Below are positions 38,474-46,663 of a DNA stretch of 64,000 nucleotides, piece by piece. Position 1 is the first letter of the stretch. Each line of letters begins with the position of its first letter. The notes below the pieces were generated by a model, which was not told where the DNA came from, made no database searches, and worked only from the letters and a program-made list of their open reading frames with translations. The stretch covers positions 2,364 through 66,363 of the forward strand of contig RECD01000174.1 in NCBI GenBank assembly GCA_007694185.1, written 5' to 3'. Source of the DNA: Planctomycetaceae bacterium. GTDB taxonomy: Bacteria; Planctomycetota; Planctomycetia; Pirellulales; Pirellulaceae. The translations under genes were made by a program, and so were the position numbers.

Positions 38474-38953
38474 TTGATGAAGTTTTCCGATTTTATTTGT
38501 GCGAAGGCGATCCGAGCTCAGTTGAGCTCGGACAGCAAACAGGATGTGATCAACGAATTGGTCGAGTCGTTGCTCGAAGCCGGCGAGATCAATGCCGACG
38601 AGAAAGACGACATCATCGCGGCGATCATGAAGCGAGAAGAGTTGGGCAGCACGGGCATCGGCCGCGGGGTGGCGGTGCCTCACACCAAGCATGCGGGCGT
38701 TGATAAACTGGTCGGCACGGTCGGGGTCAGTGTTGACGGGGTTGATTTCAACAGCCTCGACGGCGAGAAGGTGCAACTGTTCTTCTTGCTGATCAGCCCC
38801 CCCGATCGCCCCGGAGACCATCTCCGGGCGTTGGAGAACATCTCGAAGCAGCTTCGTGGTGAGACCTTTTGTCGGTTCCTGAAGCAGAGTCGGACGGCGG
38901 AAGACATTCACCAGTTGCTGGAAGAAGCTGACAACAACCAGTTTGGCGGCTAG
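38474..38953 (+). CDS. ptsN: PTS EIIA(Ntr)-type protein (PtsN)
   Basis: 159 aa. EIIA type-2 signature with the phosphorylatable His in GIGRGVAVPHTKH. LFFLLISPPD is typical of PtsN. Confidence 0.8.
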   Translation: MMKFSDFICAKAIRAQLSSDSKQDVINELVESLLEAGEINADEKDDIIAAIMKREELGSTGIGRGVAVPHTKHAGVDKLVGTVGVSVDGVDFNSLDGEKVQLFFLLISPPDRPGDHLRALENISKQLRGETFCRFLKQSRTAEDIHQLLEEADNNQFGG

Positions 38954-39006
38954 TCGGTGGCATTGAATCCGTTCCCGTTCCCACGTCCTACGGCGATCCC
39001 GCCGCC

Positions 39007-39288
39007 ATGAGTTCTACCGTCATCACCCGAACCGTTGTCGTCCGCAACCCACAGGGATTGCACGCGCGGCCCGCGGACATGTTGGTCCGCGAGGCGAGCC
39101 GCCATGAGGCGACGATCCAGCTCGAGAAGGACGGCTGTCGTGTCGACTGCAAGAGCATCCTGTCGCTGCTGACGCTGGGTGCGGAGTGCGGCAAGCACAT
39201 GGAATTGTCGGCCGAGGGGCCGGACGCGGAACAGGCGGTCGCGGTCATTGCCGAATTATTCGAAAACGGTTTTTACGAGTTGGAGTGA
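39007..39288 (+). CDS. ptsH: HPr-family phosphocarrier protein
   Basis: 93 aa. Active-site His in NPQGLHARPA, and a Ser-46-type region CKSILSLLTLGA. Confidence 0.85.
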   Translation: MSSTVITRTVVVRNPQGLHARPADMLVREASRHEATIQLEKDGCRVDCKSILSLLTLGAECGKHMELSAEGPDAEQAVAVIAELFENGFYELE

Positions 39289-39519
39289 CCCGCATGGCCA
39301 CGCGACCGCAGACCTGCTCCGCAGAACGGCCCGCCGAGGCGGGCTCGACAGCAGCAGATCGGGTTCGCGAAGACGCCCGATCGGGACGACATCCGGCCCA
39401 TTCACCCGAACAGAAATGATGGATAGCCACCCCCCGCTCCCGAACGTCCGCACGGTTTGCCACGGGAATCCCGTGCCTCGCAGGCCGTCCGGATCGATCC
39501 GGCGCGGGTCCGGTCCTCG

Positions 39520-41265
39520 ATGCTCGAACTTCATGGAATCCCGGTTTCCCCCGGCGTAGCGATCGGTCCAGCCTTGGTGCTGAATCGGGAAGGCTATCGA
39601 ATCCCGCACTGCCAAGTCGCCTCCGCGGATATCGAGGAGGAGACCCTGCGGTTGCGTCGAGCCGTCGACGCGTTGTCCCGCGGCTTGGAAGCGAGTCGGA
39701 TGGAAACGGCCGCGATCGCCGGCGATTCGACCGGCGATATCTTTGCGGCCCAACTCCAGATGCTGCACGACCCGCGGTTGCATGCCGAATTGCAGCGGCG
39801 GATTCGTCAGGAAAATCAATCGGCCGCCTACGCCGTCAGCCAAGTCCTGCACCGCTACGCGTCGGACCTGCGGCGGCTCGACAATTCGCTCCTGGCCCAA
39901 CGCGCTGACGACGTGGTCGACATCGAGCAGCAATTGCTCGAGCATCTCGGGGCCGTGACGCGTCGGCCGCTGACCGAGCTGACCGAACCGGTGATCGTGT
40001 TGACCCACAACCTGACACCGTCCGAAACCGCCAATTTGGATCGCCGCTACGTCCGCGGCTTTTGTACCGAAATCGGCGGCCCCGGCGGGCACATGGCGAT
40101 CGTCGCCAAGGGGCTCGAACTGCCCGCCGTCGTCGGCATCGGCGATTTTTTGCAAAGCGTCGGCGGGGCGGCGATGGTGATCGTCGACGGGGATCGCGGC
40201 ATCGTGATCCTCGACCCGGACAAGGAGACGCTGCGGCGGTACGAGGAAGGACGCGAGCGGCGCCAGAACCTGGCCATCCGATTGGCCCAACTGCGTGACC
40301 TGCCGGCCGTGACGATCGACGGCGTCGCCATATCGCTGAGTGCCAACATCGAGTTCCCGCACGAGGTCGCCGCTTGCCTGGAACGGGGCGCCATGGGCAT
40401 CGGGCTGTACCGGACCGAATTCCTGTACCTGGCCAGCAATGTCGAGCCGAGCGAACAGGACCATTACGAGGCCTACCGCGAGGTCGTCGAGGCGATGGGG
40501 GGCCGCCCGGTCGTCATCCGGACGCTCGACCTGGGGGCCGACAAGATGGGCAGCCGGCCGTTGACCGAACCGGAACCGAACCCGTTTCTGGGTCTCCGCA
40601 GCATCCGCCTGTCGCTCAAACACCCAGAACTCTTCCGCCCCCAACTGCGGGCGCTGCTGCGGGCCGCCATGCACGGCGACATCCGGGTGATGTTCCCCCT
40701 GATCACGACCCTCAGCGAATTGCGGCAAGCCAAGTTCCTGGTCAACACGATCGCCGAAGACCTAGCCGAAGAGGGGATCCCGCACCGCCACGACATCCCG
40801 ATCGGGATCATGGTCGAAGTCCCAGCCACGGTGCTGATGCTCGATCGGTTCGTCAAGGAGGTCGACTTTCTCAGCATCGGAACCAATGACCTGGTGCAGT
40901 ACACCCTAGCGGTCGACCGCAGCAACGAGTGCGTTGCCGACCTGTACCAGTCGAGCGACCCGGCCGTGTTGCGGCTGATCCGACGCTGCGTCGAGGTGGC
41001 GGGCGAAGCCGGCGTGCCGCTGGGGATTTGTGGCGAGATGAGCAGCAATCCCGCCCGCTCGCTGTTGCTGCTCGGACTCGGAGTCCGCAGCCTCAGCGTC
41101 CCGCCGAATGCGCTACCCAAACTGAAAAAGGCCATCCGCAGCGTAACGCTGGAGCAGTGCGAGGAGATCGCGGCCCGCGCGTTGACCATGGAAGCCGCCC
41201 GCGACATCGACCTCTACCTACTCGAACGCCTCGGCAAACTCGCCCCCGAATTGATCGTTTCCTGA
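39520..41265 (+). CDS. ptsI: phosphoenolpyruvate-protein phosphotransferase (PTS Enzyme I), no GAF domain
   Basis: ATG at 39520 (MLELHGIPVSPGVAIGPALVL). Phospho-His region CTEIGGPGGHMAIVAKGLELPAVVG. PEP-binding domain GIGLYRTEFLY, FLSIGTNDLVQYTLAVDR, GICGEM. The track start at 39457 adds 21 residues. Confidence 0.9.
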   Translation: MLELHGIPVSPGVAIGPALVLNREGYRIPHCQVASADIEEETLRLRRAVDALSRGLEASRMETAAIAGDSTGDIFAAQLQMLHDPRLHAELQRRIRQENQSAAYAVSQVLHRYASDLRRLDNSLLAQRADDVVDIEQQLLEHLGAVTRRPLTELTEPVIVLTHNLTPSETANLDRRYVRGFCTEIGGPGGHMAIVAKGLELPAVVGIGDFLQSVGGAAMVIVDGDRGIVILDPDKETLRRYEEGRERRQNLAIRLAQLRDLPAVTIDGVAISLSANIEFPHEVAACLERGAMGIGLYRTEFLYLASNVEPSEQDHYEAYREVVEAMGGRPVVIRTLDLGADKMGSRPLTEPEPNPFLGLRSIRLSLKHPELFRPQLRALLRAAMHGDIRVMFPLITTLSELRQAKFLVNTIAEDLAEEGIPHRHDIPIGIMVEVPATVLMLDRFVKEVDFLSIGTNDLVQYTLAVDRSNECVADLYQSSDPAVLRLIRRCVEVAGEAGVPLGICGEMSSNPARSLLLLGLGVRSLSVPPNALPKLKKAIRSVTLEQCEEIAARALTMEAARDIDLYLLERLGKLAPELIVS

Positions 41266-41282
41266 CCTCGCCCGCGCCCACC

Positions 41283-42131
41283 GTGAACGCCGACATCCCC
41301 CGCACCGCCGAACCCCAGCCGACCGCCGACCCGGTGGCGTCGCGACCGATCCGCGATCGGTTCCGGGTCCGGTTCGCGAAAGTCGGCTTGCTCCGCTGGA
41401 TCGGCCACCGCGATTTGCAGCGGTTGTGGGAACGGTTGCTCCGCCGGGTCGGGTTGCCGCTGGCGATGACCGATGGGTTTCATCCCAAACCGCGAATCGG
41501 GTTCCCCTCGGCGCTCGCGCTGGGAGTCGAAGGCCTCGATGAGGTCGTCGAGATCGAAGTGACCCGCGAGCTCTCCGCCGCAGAACTTCACGCCGCGCTG
41601 GTCGCCGACAATCAACCGGGGCTTGAGATCGGCGACGTCCGTTTGGTGGCCCGAGCTTCCGCCGACGGGACACCGGACCCGACGTTTGCGAACCTGGCCA
41701 AGGCGAGGCTCCATTCGAGCGAGTACGACCTCGAAATCCCCGCGGCCTACTTGAACAACGTCCGCTCGGCAGCCCAGATCGATGCGGCGATCGACGAGGC
41801 AAAATCCCACGGGGCGATCCGATTCGTCCGCAAGCAACGCGAGGCCACGGCGGGCATCCCGGCCCCGCTGGCCCTACTGGACCGGCGCGACAACAGGCTG
41901 GCTCTGAGAATCGTCGAAGACGCCGGCACGTCGCTCAAGCCGACCGAGGTGCTCGACGGCATCGGGCTGAGCGACCTCATCGAACACGGCGGAATCCTCC
42001 GCCGCACCCGAGTCATTTTGGTCGACGAAGTAGTCGACCCCACTCCCGCCCCGACGGGCGAACTCACCGCCAACCCGGCGGCGATCCACCGAAACAATCC
42101 TTCCGACACCCTACAGCAGGAACGAAGCTGA
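41283..42131 (+). CDS. DUF2344 / TIGR03936-type protein (radical-SAM-linked family commonly found next to RNase E/G)
   Basis: The track ORF starts inside ptsI. The in-frame GTG at 41283 lies 15 nt after the ptsI stop. RFRVRFAKVGLLRWIGHRDLQRLWERLLRRVGLPLAMTDGFHPKPRIGFPSALALGVEG is the family signature. Its stop codon shares one base with the rng ATG at 42131. Confidence 0.65.
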   Translation: MNADIPRTAEPQPTADPVASRPIRDRFRVRFAKVGLLRWIGHRDLQRLWERLLRRVGLPLAMTDGFHPKPRIGFPSALALGVEGLDEVVEIEVTRELSAAELHAALVADNQPGLEIGDVRLVARASADGTPDPTFANLAKARLHSSEYDLEIPAAYLNNVRSAAQIDAAIDEAKSHGAIRFVRKQREATAGIPAPLALLDRRDNRLALRIVEDAGTSLKPTEVLDGIGLSDLIEHGGILRRTRVILVDEVVDPTPAPTGELTANPAAIHRNNPSDTLQQERS

Positions 42132-43738
42132 TGAAAAAAGAGATGCTGATCAACGTGGCTCAGCCCGAAGAGAGCCGCATCGCGATCATGGAAGACGGTC
42201 GGCTTGACGAACTGTTTATCGAACGAAAGAGCGTCGAAGCCTACGCCGGCAACATCTATCGCGGCCGGATCGTCAACCTCGAACCGAGCATCCAAGCCGC
42301 GTTCGTCGATTTCGGCGTCGGCCGCAACGGGTTCCTCCACATCAGCGATGTGGAACCGCAGTACTTCCGCCAAGGCGGATACGACCCGGTCGAAATCATG
42401 CGGGAATCGGACGAAATGGCCCAGCGGTCGGCCGAACGGGCCCGCGAAACCGGCCGCGGCTCCAAGACCGCGTTCAAGGGCGGCCGACCTCGCAACAAAC
42501 CGCCGATCCAGGAAGTCTTGCGCCGTGGCGATGAGGTGCTGGTCCAGGTCATCAAGGAGGGCATCGGCACCAAAGGCCCGACCCTCAGCACCTACATCTC
42601 GATCCCGGGCCGCTACCTGGTGCTGATGCCCGCGCTCGCCCGGGTCGGCGTCAGCCGCAAGATCGAAGACGAAGACGATCGCAAACGACTCCGACGCTGC
42701 CTGCTGGCGATCAACCCGCCCAAGGGACTCGGCTTCATCGTCCGCACCGCGGGGGCCCAACGCAAGGAAGAGGAACTCGAACGCGACATGGAATACCTGT
42801 TGCGGTTGTGGAAGTCGATCGTGAAACGGATCGAAACGACCACCGAACCGGGGCCGATCTATGAGGAGAGCGACATGATCATCAAGACCATTCGCGACGT
42901 CCTCTCCAGCGACATCGACGTGATCTACATCGACGAAAAGCAGGCCTACGAAAAGACCCGCGACTTCATCAAGATGGTGATGCCGCAATTCGTCGATCAC
43001 CTCAAGTTCTACGACGCCCGCCAACCGCTGTTCCACAAGTACAAGCTGGAAGAGGAAATCGCGAAGATCAACCGCCGCAAAGTCGACCTTCCCGGCGGCG
43101 GCTCGATCGTCATCGACGCCACGGAAGCCCTCGTCGCGATCGACGTCAACAGCGGCAATTTTCGTGGCGGCAGCGACTCCGCCGACGAAAATGCCTTCCG
43201 GCTCAACATGGTCGCCGCCAAAGAGATCGCCCGCCAACTGCGACTCCGCGATCTGGGCGGCGTCATCGTCAATGACTTCATCGACATGCGGCGAGAAGCA
43301 CACCGCCGCAAAGTCGAACGGGCCCTCCGTGACGCGATGGCCAAGGACCGCGCCCGGACCAAGATCCTCCGGACCAGCCCCTTCGGCCTGGTCGAAATGA
43401 CCCGCCAACGGATCCGCACCAGCCTCAAGCGGAGCATTTACACCGATTGCCCCTGCTGCCAAGGCCGCGGACTCGTCAAGACCGCCGAAAGCATGTCGAT
43501 CGAAGTCGTCCGGATGCTGGCGCTGGCCTGCCGCAACCCACACATCGTCCGAGTCACCATCCGCGTCAACGACGAAGTCGCGGCGTTCCTCAACAACAAG
43601 AAACGCCGCAGCGTGATGGAATTGGAGGACAGCGGCGAGATGACCGTCCAGATCCTCGGCAGCGAAAGCCTGTACCCCGAAGCACTCGAAATCGATTGCC
43701 GCGACAAACAGGGAGAACGGGTCGAAATCGATAGCTGA
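42131..43738 (+). CDS. rng: Rne/Rng-family ribonuclease (RNase G/E catalytic domain only)
   Basis: 535 aa. S1 domain (GNIYRGRIVNLEPSIQAAFVDFG...GFLHISD). DNase-I-like/5' sensor region (GGSIVIDATEALVAIDVNSG). Zn-link CPCCQGRG. No long scaffold tail. Confidence 0.9.
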   Translation: MKKEMLINVAQPEESRIAIMEDGRLDELFIERKSVEAYAGNIYRGRIVNLEPSIQAAFVDFGVGRNGFLHISDVEPQYFRQGGYDPVEIMRESDEMAQRSAERARETGRGSKTAFKGGRPRNKPPIQEVLRRGDEVLVQVIKEGIGTKGPTLSTYISIPGRYLVLMPALARVGVSRKIEDEDDRKRLRRCLLAINPPKGLGFIVRTAGAQRKEEELERDMEYLLRLWKSIVKRIETTTEPGPIYEESDMIIKTIRDVLSSDIDVIYIDEKQAYEKTRDFIKMVMPQFVDHLKFYDARQPLFHKYKLEEEIAKINRRKVDLPGGGSIVIDATEALVAIDVNSGNFRGGSDSADENAFRLNMVAAKEIARQLRLRDLGGVIVNDFIDMRREAHRRKVERALRDAMAKDRARTKILRTSPFGLVEMTRQRIRTSLKRSIYTDCPCCQGRGLVKTAESMSIEVVRMLALACRNPHIVRVTIRVNDEVAAFLNNKKRRSVMELEDSGEMTVQILGSESLYPEALEIDCRDKQGERVEIDS

Positions 43739-43773
43739 AGGATGCCCCGCAACGAGCAGCACGGACCGCCGCC

Positions 43774-44427
43774 ATGGATGACTTGCCACAGCGTATCGAG
43801 GATGCCCTGCGGGAACCAAAGTTTCGCCGCGTGCGAGCCCGAGGCTGTGCCCCCGGGCTGGCCTACGGGCGACACCGGGGGCCGGCCCCCGCAGATGCCC
43901 GGGCCGCCGCCGTGGCGATCACCTTCCTCCAGCACCCCGATCGATCGTGGTCGCTGCCGCTGACACTCCGGCCGCTCAGTTTGCGACACCACGCCGGCCA
44001 GATCTGTTTCCCCGGTGGCCGCATCGAGCCCGGGGAAACGCCGGTGCAAGCTGCCCTACGCGAATTTCAAGAAGAACTCGGCTACCTGCCCGGCCAACCA
44101 CGCCAATTGGGGGAGTTCGAACCGCTCTACATCTACGCCAGCAACCACCTCGTCTTTCCGATCATCTTCGCCGGCCAAGCCCCCGAGTCCCCTTGGCGAC
44201 CTGACCCGAGCGAAGTCGACGCCGTGATCGAAATGCCGCTGGATAGCCTGCGGAGCCCCGACCCACCAGGAACCCAGAAGCGTGATCGCCAGATCTTGAA
44301 AGACGATCGCGTCGTCGGCCGCTACCAATTCGAAGCCGCGGCCTACCGGTTCGATCAGCAGGGAATTTGGGGAGCGACCGCGATGATGCTGAATCAGCTC
44401 GCCACCATCCTCGCCCCCCGTCGCTGA
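43774..44427 (+). CDS. Nudix hydrolase, CoA pyrophosphatase-like
   Basis: 217 aa. Nudix box GGRIEPGETPVQAALREFQEELG, preceded by LTLRP..L..HAGQICFPGG as in the NudL/NUDT7 type. Confidence 0.75.
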   Translation: MDDLPQRIEDALREPKFRRVRARGCAPGLAYGRHRGPAPADARAAAVAITFLQHPDRSWSLPLTLRPLSLRHHAGQICFPGGRIEPGETPVQAALREFQEELGYLPGQPRQLGEFEPLYIYASNHLVFPIIFAGQAPESPWRPDPSEVDAVIEMPLDSLRSPDPPGTQKRDRQILKDDRVVGRYQFEAAAYRFDQQGIWGATAMMLNQLATILAPRR

Positions 44428-44510
44428 TCCCGCTGTCCCCAGCGAACTGTCCCCAAGCGGGCCGTACCGAGTCGACCACCCGCCTCCGAAAGCCCGACGA
44501 TCACAACGGC

Positions 44511-45644
44511 TCAGTGCTGGTGCTCCCCGGTCAGGCGGGCGCGAAACCGTTGCCCCGGTGTCATCGCCCCAGTCCCATCGCTGCCGACGGGTGAATCGGA
44601 CGTCCCGGCGGCTCGCGAGCTGCCATGATCATGTCCATGATCGTGCCCATGATCATGTCCGTGATCGTCGTGGCCGTGACCAGCATGCCCATGACCAGCA
44701 TGCCCATGACCAGCATGGTCGTGAGAATGCCCGGGAAGATTTTCGATCCCGACCGCCAACATGATCCCCAACACAAGCGCCGCCGTCAGCTTGCCGCGGT
44801 CATGATCATGAAAATGGACTTCCGGAAGTAGGTCCGCTAGCGCGATGCAGATGAAAAAACCGGCCGACAAGGCCAACCCATAACCCAACAACTGCTCTCC
44901 CGCCCCTAACCACATCACGCCGTAAAAAAACAACAGGGCACCGATCGGGCAACAGAGCGAGAAGGTGAAATTGACCACCGTTCGCTGCGTCGGTGACCAA
45001 CCGCCCGAAGCCATCACCGAACCGATCGCGAACGCGTCGAGCGGTTTGTGAAGGGCCACAGCCAGGAACGTACCGAGCCCGGCAAGCCCCATCCAAGCCC
45101 CATGGCTGGCGTCCGCCACCACGCTCGCTCCCAACGCCACCCCGTCCATGATCGTGTGCAACCCCAGCCCGAATAGCATGCCGAGCCAATTCAAACTGCG
45201 CTGCCCCGTCGCGTTTTGACCGTCGACCGCAGGTCCGTGGCCCTGATCAGGGGAATGAGTAGCGCCGTGAGAATGACCGTGCCCGTGATCATGACCGTGG
45301 TCACACGTCGCACCGCTCTGGTCATCGGTAACTCCGTCCACAGGCAGGGCATGCACCAGCGAACTGTCGCCGTGCGAATGGACATGAAAAACTCGCAACA
45401 ACAGAAACATGACCAGCACCCCGACCAGCAACGCGACGCCGACGCGATCGGTCGAACCGAGCGAACTCAGCGAGTGTGGCAACAAATGCAGGGTGGCGAT
45501 GCCGAGCATCAATCCGGCCACGAAGCTCATCAGCAATTGGGTCCGCAGGTGGCTCATGCGCACCCAACTGGGTAACCACCCGCCGGTAACCGACGCCAAC
45601 ACGATCAGCAAGCAATAGACGACCAACAGCCAGGGGGTCGACAT
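44511..45644 (-). CDS. ZIP-family divalent metal (zinc) transporter with two His-rich regions
   Basis: 377 aa with an ATG start. ZIP-like TM core (LMSFVAGLMLGIATLHLLPHS; HTIMDGVALG; ALADLLPE). His-rich loop CDHGHDHGHGHSHGATH and tail GHSHDHAGHGHAGHGHAGHGHDDHGHDHGHDHGHDHG. The tail is encoded partly by 3 x 15-bp repeats at 44675-44719. Confidence 0.8.
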   Translation of the reverse strand: MSTPWLLVVYCLLIVLASVTGGWLPSWVRMSHLRTQLLMSFVAGLMLGIATLHLLPHSLSSLGSTDRVGVALLVGVLVMFLLLRVFHVHSHGDSSLVHALPVDGVTDDQSGATCDHGHDHGHGHSHGATHSPDQGHGPAVDGQNATGQRSLNWLGMLFGLGLHTIMDGVALGASVVADASHGAWMGLAGLGTFLAVALHKPLDAFAIGSVMASGGWSPTQRTVVNFTFSLCCPIGALLFFYGVMWLGAGEQLLGYGLALSAGFFICIALADLLPEVHFHDHDRGKLTAALVLGIMLAVGIENLPGHSHDHAGHGHAGHGHAGHGHDDHGHDHGHDHGHDHGSSRAAGTSDSPVGSDGTGAMTPGQRFRARLTGEHQH

Positions 45645-45759
45645 GCGGGAATCTCCACGATGGACAACGAACAGGCCGGCTGGACGTGCGGCCGAGGGCG
45701 AGCGGCACGGGGTGCCGAAAAATCAGGTTTGCCTGGCCCACAGGGCCCCGAATCCTAAA

Positions 45760-45783
45760 GTAATGAGAATGAAATGCAAATAC
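45760..45783. promoter_or_regulatory. candidate Fur-family (Zur) operator: AT-rich phased hexamers between the ZIP gene and zur
   Basis: gtaatg agaatg aaatgc aaatac is a conspicuous AT-rich island in GC-rich DNA, about 115 nt upstream of the ZIP start. It has nnAATG-type 6-bp phasing reminiscent of Fur-family boxes. Dyad symmetry is weak by eye. Confidence 0.25.
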
Positions 45784-46025
45784 GTCGCCATCGCGGATGA
45801 AGAAAATGCGACGCCCGCACGCCGCCGGCCGGACCGGAAATCGCCCCGAAACGGCCTGCCAACCGTGTCCGAAGAGCAGAATGTCGACCGCGTCCGGTTT
45901 TCGCACCTGATTCTGACTCGCCGACCGACGAAAATGGTTATTCTGGGGTGTCGACGGCACCCAGTCCGGCGACTTTCGCGTCGGCTTGCAGGCCGATGAC
46001 CATCCGAAACCCACCCCCATTTGAT

Positions 46026-46559
46026 ATGCGTACGACCGGTTCCAAGGACTCCCAACCGCAGCCCCACACGGCCCCGTCGGTGGTCAACAACACCCGACCC
46101 AAGGCCCAGAAACCCTCGCCGGCGCCTCCGACCGAATCGCTGAGCGAGATGGAACTCGCCCGGAAAGATATCCGCGCCGCCGGATTTCGCGCCACCCCGG
46201 CCCGCATCGCGACGCTGCTCGAATTACGAAGCTCCTCGTCGCCGATGACGCACGCGGATGTGGCCGATCGGTTGGCCGGGGGCGGCTTCGACAAGGCGAC
46301 CGCCTTTCGCAACCTAAACGACCTGGCCCAAGGCGGTCTGCTGCGACGTACCGAATTGGGCGATCACGTTTGGCGTTTCGAAGCGATCGGCCCGGATGAA
46401 CATGACAAGCAAGCCCACCCCCATTTCGTCTGCATCGATTGTGGGCAAGTCACCTGTTTGTCCGACATCGACCTGAATACGGACAGCGGCTTGCAGAGCC
46501 AATCGGTCGGCGAGATCACCGAAATCTTGCTCCGCGGCCACTGCATCCAATGCCGTTGA
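46026..46559 (+). CDS. zur: Fur-family transcriptional regulator, probably Zur
   Basis: Winged-helix part RAAGFRATPARIATLLEL...MTHADVADRL. Metal sites HPHFVCIDCG and RGHCIQC. Divergent from a ZIP transporter. The start is uncertain: ATG at 46026, or ATG at 46149 (136 aa, the usual Fur length). The track start is 45948. Confidence 0.75.
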   Translation: MRTTGSKDSQPQPHTAPSVVNNTRPKAQKPSPAPPTESLSEMELARKDIRAAGFRATPARIATLLELRSSSSPMTHADVADRLAGGGFDKATAFRNLNDLAQGGLLRRTELGDHVWRFEAIGPDEHDKQAHPHFVCIDCGQVTCLSDIDLNTDSGLQSQSVGEITEILLRGHCIQCR

Positions 46560-46663
46560 CGGCGGCGACCGCATGGCCGGTCTGTCGAATTGACTGGACG
46601 GCCCGCACTCGGTCACCCAGAATGATAGGCTCCCGCCTGCACCTCCCTCCCCCCGGCTAGCCG

